From assembly GCA_944393325.1 (NCBI GenBank), contig CALXZU010000005.1, forward strand, positions 1-57,211: a DNA stretch of 57,211 nt, read 5' to 3'. Source of the stretch: an uncultured Clostridia bacterium. GTDB lineage: Bacteria > Bacillota > Clostridia > TANB77 > CAG-508. The notes below the pieces were generated by a model. It saw nothing but the letters and a program-made list of their open reading frames with translations. It was not told the origin of the DNA and did not search any database. Of this stretch, positions 41,776-51,883 are shown piece by piece; positions within the stretch are counted from its first letter, which is position 1, and each line of letters begins with the position of its first letter. The position numbers and the translations under genes are program-made.

Positions 41776-42567
41776 TTACTTAATATTAATAATCTTACTA
41801 TGAGCATCTCTTAGGGCAACAGTTAAATGAAGATTATTTTCATTATAATTTTTAGAAATAAGCTCATCAACAACTGTTTGATAAGCAAGTTCAGGAAAAT
41901 TACTTTCCTTACTTAAATGTCCAAGCATAGCATTTTTCAAACCAGACTGTATCAAATAAGAAATAGTTTTTCCGGCAATTTCATTAGATAAATGACCAGT
42001 AGGTCCGGCAATTCGTGTCTTTAAAGAAAAAGGATATGGAGAACATCTTAAAACTTCGGGGTCATAATTTGCTTCAAGCATTATAAATAAACTCTCTTCT
42101 AAATTCTTCAAAATATCATTAGTCATATGTCCAATATCTGTTGCGATACTTATTTTCTTATTCTCTTTATATAAACTAAAACCACAAGGGTTTGCAGCAT
42201 CATGTGGAATTGAAAAAGGTTTTATTATAAGATCACCAATTTCAAATTTATCAGACACTTTAAATAAATGAATATTATTATCTGAAATCTTATCTTTCTG
42301 TTTAGGCATATTATCTAAAGTCTCTTGATTAACAAAAACAGGCAAATCAAATTTCTTAGACAAAGTACCTAAAGATTGGACATGGTCTATATGTTCATGA
42401 GTAACTAAAATACCATCCAAAGATTTAGGGTCAACATTTATATCATTTAAAGCGGTCTCAATTTTTTTACAACTAACACCAGCATCTATTAATAATTTAG
42501 TATTTTTAGTTTCAACAAAAAGACTATTTCCACTACTACCACTATATAAACTACAAAAATTAAACAT
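41776..42567 (-). CDS. MBL-fold hydrolase YycJ/WalJ-like
   Basis: SGSSGNS, THEHIDH, PHDA, EANYD, GHLSN, HLSKESN. Confidence 0.9.
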   Translation of the reverse strand: MFNFCSLYSGSSGNSLFVETKNTKLLIDAGVSCKKIETALNDINVDPKSLDGILVTHEHIDHVQSLGTLSKKFDLPVFVNQETLDNMPKQKDKISDNNIHLFKVSDKFEIGDLIIKPFSIPHDAANPCGFSLYKENKKISIATDIGHMTNDILKNLEESLFIMLEANYDPEVLRCSPYPFSLKTRIAGPTGHLSNEIAGKTISYLIQSGLKNAMLGHLSKESNFPELAYQTVVDELISKNYNENNLHLTVALRDAHSKIINIK

Positions 42568-42581
42568 CGTTTCTTACTTCC

Positions 42582-43844
42582 TTATTCTTCTGTTACTCTT
42601 TTAATTTTAGCTCCGATTTTTCTAAATTTCTCTTCAATATCTTCATATCCACGATCAATATGTTGTAAATTATAAATATTTGTCTCGCCTTCAGCAGCAG
42701 TTCCTGCAATAACTAAAGCAGCACCGGCTCTTAAGTCAGTAGAATATACAGGAGCACCATATAATTTTTTAACACCTTCAAAAAATGCGGTTTTACCATT
42801 TGCTGTAATTTTTGCTCCCATTTTATTTAATTCATCAGTATATTGAAATCTTGAATCCCAAATACTTTCATTAATAACACTATTACCATTGGCTAAAGAT
42901 AAAACAACACCCATTTGAGGTTGTAAATCTGTTGGGAAACCAGGATAAGGTAAAGTTTTTATATTTGCTTTATTAGGTCTTTTATTACACCATACACGGA
43001 TACTATCTATATTATCTTCAACATTTCCACCAACTTCAATAATCTTAGCTGTAATAGATTCTAAGTGTTTTGTAATACAATTTTTTAAAGTAATATCACC
43101 TTTAGTTGCAACAGCAGCTAGCATAAAAGTACCAGCTTCTATTTGATCAGGAACAACTGAATAAGTAGTTCCGCCATGTAACTTTTCAACACCATTAATT
43201 TTAATAACATCAGTACCAGCACCACGAATATCAGCACCCATGGTATTTAAAAAGTTTGCAACGTCAACTATATGAGGCTCTTTAGCAGCATTATCAATAG
43301 TGGTAGTACCTTTAGCAAGTACTGCTGCTAGCATTACATTAATAGTAGCACCAACAGAAACAATATCCATATAAATAGGTGCACCTTTTAATTTTTTAGC
43401 TTTTCCGTTAATTTTACCTTTTTCAACAGTAACATTTGCACCTAAAGCCTCAAAACCTTTAATATGTTGGTCAATAGGTCTTGCACCTAATTTACAACCA
43501 CCAGGCATACCAACTTCAATTTCTCCTTTTCTACCAAGCATAGAACCAATTACATAATAAGAAGCTCTAAATTTACTAGTCAAATCTAATGGAGCTTTAG
43601 TTGTTTTAATTTCTCTTGTATCAATTGTAATAGAATGTTTATCATTCCATGTAATTTTTGCTCCCAATTTTTCTAATATTTTACAAGAAATTTCAATATC
43701 ACTAATGTGAGGTAAATTCTCAATTGTGCATACACCATCAATTAGAAGTGTGGCTGGAAGTATTGCTACTGCTGCATTTTTTGCTCCGCTAATAATAACT
43801 TCTCCTTTTAAAGGAGTAGGACCTGTGACTACTAATTTTTCCAA
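42582..43844 (-). CDS. murA: UDP-N-acetylglucosamine 1-carboxyvinyltransferase
   Basis: GAKNA, PGGCKLGARPIDQH, PGFPTDLQ, TDLRAGAAL, HIDRGY. Confidence 0.97.
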   Translation of the reverse strand: MEKLVVTGPTPLKGEVIISGAKNAAVAILPATLLIDGVCTIENLPHISDIEISCKILEKLGAKITWNDKHSITIDTREIKTTKAPLDLTSKFRASYYVIGSMLGRKGEIEVGMPGGCKLGARPIDQHIKGFEALGANVTVEKGKINGKAKKLKGAPIYMDIVSVGATINVMLAAVLAKGTTTIDNAAKEPHIVDVANFLNTMGADIRGAGTDVIKINGVEKLHGGTTYSVVPDQIEAGTFMLAAVATKGDITLKNCITKHLESITAKIIEVGGNVEDNIDSIRVWCNKRPNKANIKTLPYPGFPTDLQPQMGVVLSLANGNSVINESIWDSRFQYTDELNKMGAKITANGKTAFFEGVKKLYGAPVYSTDLRAGAALVIAGTAAEGETNIYNLQHIDRGYEDIEEKFRKIGAKIKRVTEE

Positions 43845-43967
43845 TTAAATTCCCCCTGTATCTATAAAAATAATCCTTATTTCATATTTCTCAAATTAAA
43901 AATAGAGTGTATCTTATTAACACTCTATTTTCTCTATTAATATAACATAAAGTGAAGGCATTTGCAA

Positions 43968-44633
43968 CTATTTTTTTGCAGTAATAAAACCATTTTCATT
44001 AAAAAATTCCAAAATTTTAAATTTAAATTTAATTTGAGGGTCACTATCCTCAGAAACTAGTGCAAATTCCTCTTCTGATAAATTATCTTCTAATTGTTCT
44101 TTAGAGTCTTCAGGAACAACACCTGAAGTAATATCTACAAAACAAAGAGGAGGGAACATTACACACCACCAGTTTTGACCTTTTGCTTCTCCAATTTCAA
44201 CTCTTAAAGCATCATAGTAACCAGAAGGAAGAGAAATGTCACCATAATCTTTAGTAGGAAATTGGAAATTACCAATACTGATATTAACATCATAAGAATA
44301 ACCATTATCCTTAATAGTATTTAATGCAATTTCCTTAAAATCCTCTTTATGTTTTGTAACTAAATTAATAGCTTCTTCTTTATTATTACAATTATTGCAG
44401 ATATTATTCATATATGAAATTAAATTATCACGTACTTTGTATTTTAAATCTTGATCTTCTTTAGAATCACTATTTGCAATAACGTGCAATCTAAAAACAC
44501 TTTCTGCAATATCAGAAGAAACGTTTTGTGCGTAAGAAAAAGCACAAACTGTTGTATATATAAAAAGTAAAAAAATTAGAATAATTACCATTTTTACCTT
44601 GGGATTTTTAAATAAATTTAATAAATTTTTCAT
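43968..44633 (-). CDS. spoIIR: Stage II sporulation protein R
   Basis: FRLHVIANSDS, FPTKDYG, GQNWWCVMFPPLC. Confidence 0.96.
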   Translation of the reverse strand: MKNLLNLFKNPKVKMVIILIFLLFIYTTVCAFSYAQNVSSDIAESVFRLHVIANSDSKEDQDLKYKVRDNLISYMNNICNNCNNKEEAINLVTKHKEDFKEIALNTIKDNGYSYDVNISIGNFQFPTKDYGDISLPSGYYDALRVEIGEAKGQNWWCVMFPPLCFVDITSGVVPEDSKEQLEDNLSEEEFALVSEDSDPQIKFKFKILEFFNENGFITAKK

Positions 44634-44875
44634 AAGTTACCTCCAAAAAACTTTTTTTCTAAAATCTTCTTGTAATTTAAGTATTACCAAAAAAGAATAA
44701 ATATATACATATTAGAATTATTTTTATTTTTTTGAAAAAAATGTCGAAATCTTTTTTGAAATAAATTTGAAATATTCTTGACATATTTGTAAAAAACTGG
44801 TAAAATTTACCAGTAAACAATTTTAAAAAAACTTTATTTCCGTATGGTTTTAAAGAAAAAAGGAGAGGTTTTTTA

Positions 44876-45352
44876 ATGGAAGAGATTCAAAAAACAAAAG
44901 AAAAAACATGTGCATTTTTTGCAAGTGACTATCATTTTGAAATGATAAGTTTACCTTATATTGAAAAGGAAATAGAAAAGAACAAAGAAATAATAATATT
45001 AACAGAAAATAATTTAGAAAGTACAATAAAAAATTTGATATCAAAAATAAATTTAAATGAAGAAAAAAAGAAGAAAATATTTAATCTTAATTGGAAAAAT
45101 GATGATCTAAACAAATTCAAACAAATAAAAAATCAATTAGAAAATAATAAAGAAATGACAATATTTATAAAAGGAAAAGAAAACTATATAAAAAATGTAA
45201 ATCAGAATATAGAAAAATGGATATCAAAAAATGAGAATGTAAAAACAATCGATTGTTATGACATAGAAGAGGTTGGAGATGATATTAATAAAATTATAAA
45301 TGAATATGAAAACGTTCTTAGCACTACGGGAGAAAAGAAAATACAAAAATAG
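44876..45352 (+). CDS. Hypothetical protein
   Basis: 158-aa ORF with AAGGAGAGG RBS and TTGACA promoter at 44778; no recognised motif. Confidence 0.7.
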   Translation: MEEIQKTKEKTCAFFASDYHFEMISLPYIEKEIEKNKEIIILTENNLESTIKNLISKINLNEEKKKKIFNLNWKNDDLNKFKQIKNQLENNKEMTIFIKGKENYIKNVNQNIEKWISKNENVKTIDCYDIEEVGDDINKIINEYENVLSTTGEKKIQK

Positions 45353-45432
45353 AATGCTCAAAAAATTTCTTAATTTTTCCATGTTTATCTTGTAAGATAG
45401 AAATGTATGAAGAAAGATAGAGGTGAAGAAAA

Positions 45433-46203
45433 ATGCAAGGAATTGGAATAGGAACAATGGACTTTAAGAAAATGAGAGTAAATGACTATTATTATATAGA
45501 TAAAACAATGTATATAAAAGATATATTAGATAATAAAAGTGAAGTAATATTAGTAACACGTCCGAGAAGGTTTGGAAAAACATTAAATATGAGTATACTT
45601 AGGTACTATTTTGATATAAAATGTAAAGATAGTAAAGAACTATTTAAAGGCTTAAAAATAATGAAACAAGATGAATATTATACATCAAAATTAGGAGCTT
45701 TCCCAGTAATATATTTAAGTTTAAAAGATATAAACGGAAGTAATATTGAAGAAATGTTATTACAATTAAAAACAGAATTAGTAGAAGTATTTATAGATTA
45801 TGCAGAATTATTAAAAAGTGAGAAATTATTAGATATAGAAAAAGAAATGTTTAGTTATTTTGATGTAGGAAAAAACACAGCAGAAAGTTTTTACCATGCA
45901 TTTATATTAGGAATGTTAGTAGGACTAAAGGATAGTTATTACGTAAAATCAAATAGAGAATCAGGATATGGAAGATATGATATAATGTTAGAACCAAAAG
46001 AAAAAAAAAATGGTTTTATAATGGAATTTAAAATAGCAAAAGAAATGGAAGAAAAAGAATTAAAAGCAAAGATAAAAGAAGCAAAAGAACAAATAAAAGA
46101 TAAAAAATATGAACAAGAACTAAAGGAAAGAGGATTTAAAAACATAACAAAAATGGTATTTGTATGTAATGGAAAAGAAATAAAAATGGAAATATTTAAA
46201 TAA
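45433..46203 (+). CDS. AAA-ATPase-like/PD-(D/E)XK nuclease protein, apparently internally deleted
   Basis: N-half YYIDKT...RPRRFGKTLNMS joined directly to C-half SYFD...ESFYH...SNRESGYGRYDI...MEFK; no Walker B region. Confidence 0.75.
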   Translation: MQGIGIGTMDFKKMRVNDYYYIDKTMYIKDILDNKSEVILVTRPRRFGKTLNMSILRYYFDIKCKDSKELFKGLKIMKQDEYYTSKLGAFPVIYLSLKDINGSNIEEMLLQLKTELVEVFIDYAELLKSEKLLDIEKEMFSYFDVGKNTAESFYHAFILGMLVGLKDSYYVKSNRESGYGRYDIMLEPKEKKNGFIMEFKIAKEMEEKELKAKIKEAKEQIKDKKYEQELKERGFKNITKMVFVCNGKEIKMEIFK

Positions 46204-46398
46204 AGTAGAAACTATGTGCTATGCATAGTTTCTAATCTTAAATAGGAAAAATATAATAAACTTTAAAATAATATAATCTTTTTTTACTGTAAAAAAAGAA
46301 AAAAGGTTGATATTTTTTAAAAAATAGTATATAAAATATACATATATATATAAAGTACATAAATATATATGAAACTTAAACAAAAAGGAGAAATTCAA

Positions 46399-47650
46399 AT
46401 GGATGATAATTTAGGAGAAGAAAAAGCTATTTTAAAAAAATATGGACAGGAACATCTATTAAATCATTATGATAAATTAGATGAAAGCCATAAAAAACAA
46501 TTAATTAAACAAATAAGAGCTATTGATTTTGAACTTGTAAAAAGTTTATATGAAAGTACAAAAAAAGAAGTAAAAAACAATAAAGATGAAATTACACCAA
46601 TAGACTATTTAGATAAATTTAAATTAGGAGATAAATTTAAATATTATGAAGAAATAGGGAAAAAAGCAATAAAAGAAGGAAAGTTAGCAGCGGTAACAAT
46701 GGCAGGAGGACAAGGAACAAGACTTCGGACATTCAGGTCCAAAAGGAACATATGATATCGGATTAGACTCACATAAATCATTATTTGAATTATTATGTGA
46801 TGGAATAAAAGAAGAAGGTAAAAAATATGGAGTAACAATTCCTTGGTTTATAATGACAAGTAAAGAAAATAATGAAGAAACAGAAAGATTTTTCAAAGAA
46901 AATAAATATTTTGGATATGAAAAAGATAAAAACCTATTTTTCTTTATCCAAGGAGAACTTCCAATGATGGATACAGAGGGAAAAATACTAATTGGAGAAG
47001 ATGGTTTGATAAAACTTGCAGCAGATGGACATGGTGGAATTTATGAGTCTTTAGTAAAAACAGGTATGACTAAAAAAATGAGAGAACTAGGAATAGAATG
47101 GGTATTTATTGGCGGAGTAGACAACTGTTTGGTAAAAATGGTGGATCCTGTACTTATGGGAATTGCAATAGATAAGAAAGTAACAGTTGCGTGTAAATCA
47201 GTAGTAAAAGCAAATCCACATGAAAGAGTAGGAGTATTTTGTAGAAGAAATGGAAAGCCAAATGTAATAGAATATACAGAAATAACAGACGAAATGGCAG
47301 AAGCAACAGATAAAGATGGTGAATTATTATATGGTGAATCTCATATTCTTTGTAATTTATTTAGCGTAGATGCAGTAGAAAGAATGGGAAGAGAACCATT
47401 ACCATATCATGTGGCATATAAAAAAGCAAAATATATTGATAAAGATGGAAATTTAGTAGTACCTGATTCTCCAAATGCATATAAATTTGAAGCTTTTTTA
47501 TTTGATGCATTTAGTGAAGTTGATGATATGGCAATTTTAAGAGTAAAAAGAGAAGAAGAATTTGCACCAGTAAAGAATGCAGATTCAGCAGGTGTAGATT
47601 GCCCATCAACAGCAAGAGAATTATATAAAAAATTTTATAAATTAAGTTAA
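46399..47650 (+). CDS. UDPGP-family (UAP-type) UDP-sugar pyrophosphorylase; needs +1 shift at CGG 46726
   Basis: MAGGQGTRL-CGG; skipping C46726 restores GGQGTRLGHSGPKG and runs into ORF 46853..47650 (DGHGG, VDN, IEYTE, KFEAFLFD, EFAPVKN). Confidence 0.92.
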
Positions 47651-47657
47651 AAGAAAT

Positions 47658-47720
47658 GTCACAAAAGATGTTTCTTGTAAAGGTTTGTTAAACAAGAACA
47701 TCTTGATTTGTGACGTTTTT
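47658..47720 (+). terminator. Long imperfect hairpin after the pyrophosphorylase gene
   Basis: GTCACAAAAGATGTTTCTTGT...ACAAGAACATCTTGATTTGTGAC followed by a T run. Confidence 0.6.
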
Positions 47721-47726
47721 TATATA

Positions 47727-47756
47727 GGTCGTTTTTACCTTGTTCCAAAAACGACT
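47727..47756. repeat. 30-bp palindromic element, copy 2
   Basis: GGTCGTTTTT-10nt-AAAAACGACT; same arms as 6466..6495. Confidence 0.65.
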
Positions 47757-47780
47757 AAAATGATAAAGGAGGAATTGAAT

Positions 47781-49505
47781 GTGAATTATATGGAGGAATA
47801 TAAGAGATGGTGTGAAAGTCCAGAATTTGATGAGGAAACAAAAAAAGAGCTATTAGAAATTAGAGATGATGAAAAAGAAATTGAAGATAGATTTTATAAA
47901 GAATTAGAATTTGGAACAGCTGGTCTTCGTGGTGTAATAGGTGCAGGGACTAATAGAATGAATAAATATACAGTAGGAAAAGCAACTCAAGGCTTGGCAA
48001 ATTACATAGTGGAAGAAGGAACTGGAGATAAAGGTGTAGCAATAAGCTATGATTCTAGGAAAATGTCAAAAGAATTTAGTATGCAAACTGCTTTAATTTT
48101 AAATGCAAATGGAATTAAAACATATTTATTTGAAAATTTACGCCCAGTTCCAGAATTATCATTTGCAGTAAGAAATTTAGGGTGTACTGCTGGTGTTATG
48201 ATAACGGCAAGTCACAATCCACCAAAATATAATGGTTATAAAGTGTATTGGGATGATGGGTCTCAAATAGTTAGTCCAAGGGATAAAGACATTATAGCTA
48301 AAGTAAGAGCTGTAAAAAGTTATAGTGAAATTAAAGAAATTACAAGAGAAGAAGCGGAAGAAAAAGGGTTATTTAATATAGTTGGAACAGAAATGGATGA
48401 TAAATATTTGAGTGTTTTAAAATCTAAAGTATTGAACCCTGATATTGTAAGGAAAGAAGGAAAAACACTTAAAGTGGTTTATACTCCACTTCATGGAACA
48501 GGAAATACAATAGCAGAAAGGCTACTACATGAGATAGGTTTAGAAAATGTTTATGTTGTACCAGAGCAAAAAGAACCTGATGGAAATTTCCCTACAGTTA
48601 GTTATCCAAATCCAGAAGATAAGAAGGCTTTTAAATTGGCTTTAGAGTTGGCTGATAATGTAGATGCTGATGTGGTTTTGGCAACAGATCCAGATGCTGA
48701 TAGATTAGGAATTTTTGCAAAAGATAGCAAAACTGGTAAATATACGGAATATACAGGAAATATGTCAGCACTACTTATTGCAGAATATAGAATTTCTCAA
48801 ATGAAAGAAAAAAATATACTTCCAAAAGATGGTATGATAATTACAACTATAGTGTCATCAAACTTGACAAGAGCCATTGCTAAAGAATATGATTTAGAGT
48901 GTATAGAGGTTTTAACTGGTTTTAAAAATATAGGAGCTATTATGAAAAAGGCAGAAGAGAACAAAGATAAAACTTATATATTCGGTTTTGAAGAAAGTTA
49001 TGGTTGTTTAATTGGCGATTATGCAAGAGATAAAGATGGTATTGCAGCAGTAATGGCACTTTGTGAAGCAGCATGTTATTATAAATCTAAGGGAAAAACT
49101 TTATGGGATGCTATGGAAGATATTTATAAGAAATATGGATATTATAAAGAAACACAGGTGTCTATTGTATTAGAAGGTGCAGAAGGTGCAGAAAAAATCA
49201 AGGAAATGATGACTAATATGAGAAATACACCTATAAATAAAATAGGGGATTATAAAGTATTAGAGTTTAAAGATATTGAAAAAGATATAGACAAAGATAT
49301 GGTAACTGGAGAAATAAAATCTACAGGATTACCAAAATCAAATGTTTTATATTATGAATTAGAAGATGATAGCTGGTGTTGTGTAAGACCATCAGGAACA
49401 GAGCCTAAAATAAAACTATATATGGGTATTAAAGGTGATTCTGATGAGGATGCCAATAAAAAATTAGAAGAGTTAAAAAATGCAATGGTTGCAATTGTAA
49501 AATAG
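47781..49505 (+). CDS. pgm: Phosphoglucomutase/phosphomannomutase
   Basis: FGTAGLRG, TASHNP, DPDADR, GFEESYG, RPSGTEPKIK; AAGGAGG before GTG 47781. Confidence 0.93.
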   Translation: MNYMEEYKRWCESPEFDEETKKELLEIRDDEKEIEDRFYKELEFGTAGLRGVIGAGTNRMNKYTVGKATQGLANYIVEEGTGDKGVAISYDSRKMSKEFSMQTALILNANGIKTYLFENLRPVPELSFAVRNLGCTAGVMITASHNPPKYNGYKVYWDDGSQIVSPRDKDIIAKVRAVKSYSEIKEITREEAEEKGLFNIVGTEMDDKYLSVLKSKVLNPDIVRKEGKTLKVVYTPLHGTGNTIAERLLHEIGLENVYVVPEQKEPDGNFPTVSYPNPEDKKAFKLALELADNVDADVVLATDPDADRLGIFAKDSKTGKYTEYTGNMSALLIAEYRISQMKEKNILPKDGMIITTIVSSNLTRAIAKEYDLECIEVLTGFKNIGAIMKKAEENKDKTYIFGFEESYGCLIGDYARDKDGIAAVMALCEAACYYKSKGKTLWDAMEDIYKKYGYYKETQVSIVLEGAEGAEKIKEMMTNMRNTPINKIGDYKVLEFKDIEKDIDKDMVTGEIKSTGLPKSNVLYYELEDDSWCCVRPSGTEPKIKLYMGIKGDSDEDANKKLEELKNAMVAIVK

Positions 49506-49635
49506 TAATAGTAAAAGGCTGGAATTTCCAGCTTTTTATTTTTTTCTTGCTTTTTTTAATAATATATATTATAATATATATCATGTTATGTAAATGTCGA
49601 ATGTAACCAAGGGTTGGTTACAGGGAGGAGGACAA

Positions 49636-49956
49636 ATGTCCACGACAAAACTGAACATTTTTAGAACCATTAATGAAGGAAGGAGGATTATTATTTATCT
49701 TACACTATCAGAAGAATATCAATTTTTTGATGTGGCAGTATGTCCAGCATACATTAGGTTTTCTGATGAAAGTTGTAGCCCATTTGTAAAGGAAACTGCT
49801 CACCATGGTGAGGAAAAAAAGGAGATAGGTATTTTCATTAATCAAAGGCAAAAAAGGGCATATCTCCTGAGTGATCCCGATCGAGGGTTTAGCTATTTGA
49901 TAAATGATAACAAGTGTCCATATGGAACTACTAAGTTTTATGCCTTTATTGGCTAG
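49636..49956 (+). CDS. Hypothetical protein
   Basis: GGAGGAGG RBS before ATG 49636; flanked by hairpins at about 49513 and 49984. Confidence 0.6.
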   Translation: MSTTKLNIFRTINEGRRIIIYLTLSEEYQFFDVAVCPAYIRFSDESCSPFVKETAHHGEEKKEIGIFINQRQKRAYLLSDPDRGFSYLINDNKCPYGTTKFYAFIG

Positions 49957-50089
49957 TAGTTAATACCTTCAGGTTTTAAAAAACTAATCCGCAGATGTTT
50001 AAGTCTGCGGATTAGTTATAATAAAATATAATATATTATAATAAAATACAATAATACATATTAGATTTAAGCAAATAATATGTATTATA

Positions 50090-50800
50090 TTATTTTAATT
50101 TCCATTCAGTAATGTTTCTTTGAATAGCTCCAAAGAGATTTGCCCTAATCATTGGAATATTTTTGCTTAATGAAAAAATTAATTGTTTCATATCTTCTCT
50201 TTTTGATTTACCGTCCATTGGACAAACTTTAGGCATAACTGATAAATTATTTTTCTTAATAAATCTTTTAATATTTTTCTCAGGAGTGTAGATTAAAGGT
50301 CTAATTAAAGTTATTTTGCTTCTATCCATGTAACTTTTTGGTGCAAAAGTTCCAACATTTCCTGTATAAAATAGATTTAATAAAAAAGTTTCTAAAACAT
50401 CATCTTGGTTGTGCCCTAAAGCAATTTTGTTACAGCCTTCGCGTATTGCAACAGAGTTTATAACACCTCTTCTTAAATTAGCACATAAAGAACATGGATT
50501 TTTTTCTTTTCTTATATCAAATACGATTTCTTTGGCATTACTTTTTTCTATAAAAAGAGGTATTTCTAAATCATTACAAATTTTTTGTAAAAATTCAGTG
50601 TCGAAAAATTCAAACCCTGGATTTATACTTATTGCTATTATATCAAATTTTTTTGGATAAAATCTTTGTAATGCTTTAAAAGCGTGTAGCATTGTTATAG
50701 AGTCTTTTCCTCCTGATAAACATATTGCAATTTTATCATTTTCTTCTATCATCTTATATTCTTCTATTGCTTTTCTAAAATCACTTAATATTCTTTGCAT
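50090..50800 (-). CDS. ttcA: tRNA 2-thiocytidine biosynthesis TtcA-family protein
   Basis: LSGGKDS PP-loop, PCSLCANLRRG, GHNQDD, IRPL. Confidence 0.88.
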   Translation of the reverse strand: MQRILSDFRKAIEEYKMIEENDKIAICLSGGKDSITMLHAFKALQRFYPKKFDIIAISINPGFEFFDTEFLQKICNDLEIPLFIEKSNAKEIVFDIRKEKNPCSLCANLRRGVINSVAIREGCNKIALGHNQDDVLETFLLNLFYTGNVGTFAPKSYMDRSKITLIRPLIYTPEKNIKRFIKKNNLSVMPKVCPMDGKSKREDMKQLIFSLSKNIPMIRANLFGAIQRNITEWKLK

Positions 50801-51015
50801 TTAAATCACCTATATTATTATAACAGATATTGTCAAATAAGACATTTAGTTCCGATTTTTAAATATCTATATTAGGAAAATGCAGATTTCGTTTTAAAAT
50901 ATTAAAATGTGTTCATATAATTAACAAAAAGATATATATAAGTATTGTAAAAAAGACAGATTTCGACAAGTTTTTTATAAAAAATATGGTAAAATATATA
51001 AAGGAGATGGTGCAT

Positions 51016-51183
51016 ATGAATTATAAGGAAGCATATGAAAATTCTCTACAAATGATAAAAATAAATAATATTAAAGAGCTAAAGGAATATATAGAACTTA
51101 TAAAAATCGAAAAGTTACTTAGTATTCCAACTATGGAATATATAAGTGGCAAAAAGATGAAAAGGTTGTTAAAGGAAGGTTAA
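51016..51183 (+). CDS. Small hypothetical protein
   Basis: AAGGAG RBS before ATG 51016; 55 aa. Confidence 0.45.
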   Translation: MNYKEAYENSLQMIKINNIKELKEYIELIKIEKLLSIPTMEYISGKKMKRLLKEG

Positions 51184-51201
51184 AGTGCCTTCTTTTAACA
51201 T

Positions 51202-51230
51202 TTGACAATTTTTTTAAATTATCTTATAAT
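51202..51230 (+). promoter_or_regulatory. Consensus sigmaA promoter of tRNA-Arg/tadA
   Basis: TTGACA-17nt-TATAAT. Confidence 0.8.
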
Positions 51231-51257
51231 TAGTTTGTTATAAAATAAAACATTAAT

Positions 51258-51334
51258 GTACCAGTAGCTCACCAGGATAGAGCGCTTCCCTCCTAAGGAA
51301 GAGGTAGGGGGTTCGAGTCCCTTCTGGTACACCA
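51258..51334 (+). tRNA. tRNA-Arg(CCU)
   Basis: Acceptor GTACCAG/CTGGTAC-A-CCA, anticodon arm CTTCC-CTCCTAA-GGAAG, A20 in the D-loop. Confidence 0.94.
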
Positions 51335-51392
51335 GACTTTTCAAAATAATTATTTTATAATCATAAAGGTAAAAAAGTAAAAAGGAATTTTT

Positions 51393-51854
51393 ATGGAAGA
51401 TAAAGAGAAATTTATGAAAGAGGCCTTAAAGGAGGCAAAAAAGGCATATGAAAAATTAGAAGTACCAGTAGGAGCTGTAATTGTAAGTAATGGAAAAATA
51501 ATTGCAAGAGCTCATAATTTAAAAGAAAGTAAAAAGGATACAACAAAACATGCTGAAATTTTAGCAATTGAGAAGGCAAGCAAAAAATTGGAAGCATGGA
51601 GACTCTTAGATTGTGAGATGTATGTAACATTAGAACCATGTTCAATGTGTGCTGGTGCTATAATTAATGCAAGGATAAAAAAAGTATATATAGGAGCTTT
51701 AGATGAGAAAACAGGAGCAGCAGGTTCGGTTTTAAATTTATTTGACTATAAGTTTAATCATAAAGTAGAAGTAGAAAAAGGAATCTTAAAAGAAGAATGT
51801 GAAAGAATTTTAAAAGATTTTTTTAAAGAGCTTAGAAATTTGAGAAATAAATAA
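51393..51854 (+). CDS. tadA: tRNA adenosine(34) deaminase
   Basis: EVPVGAVIV, HAE, TLEPCSMCAGA. Confidence 0.95.
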   Translation: MEDKEKFMKEALKEAKKAYEKLEVPVGAVIVSNGKIIARAHNLKESKKDTTKHAEILAIEKASKKLEAWRLLDCEMYVTLEPCSMCAGAIINARIKKVYIGALDEKTGAAGSVLNLFDYKFNHKVEVEKGILKEECERILKDFFKELRNLRNK

Positions 51855-51883
51855 ATTTGACAAACCTAAATATAGGAGGAGTT

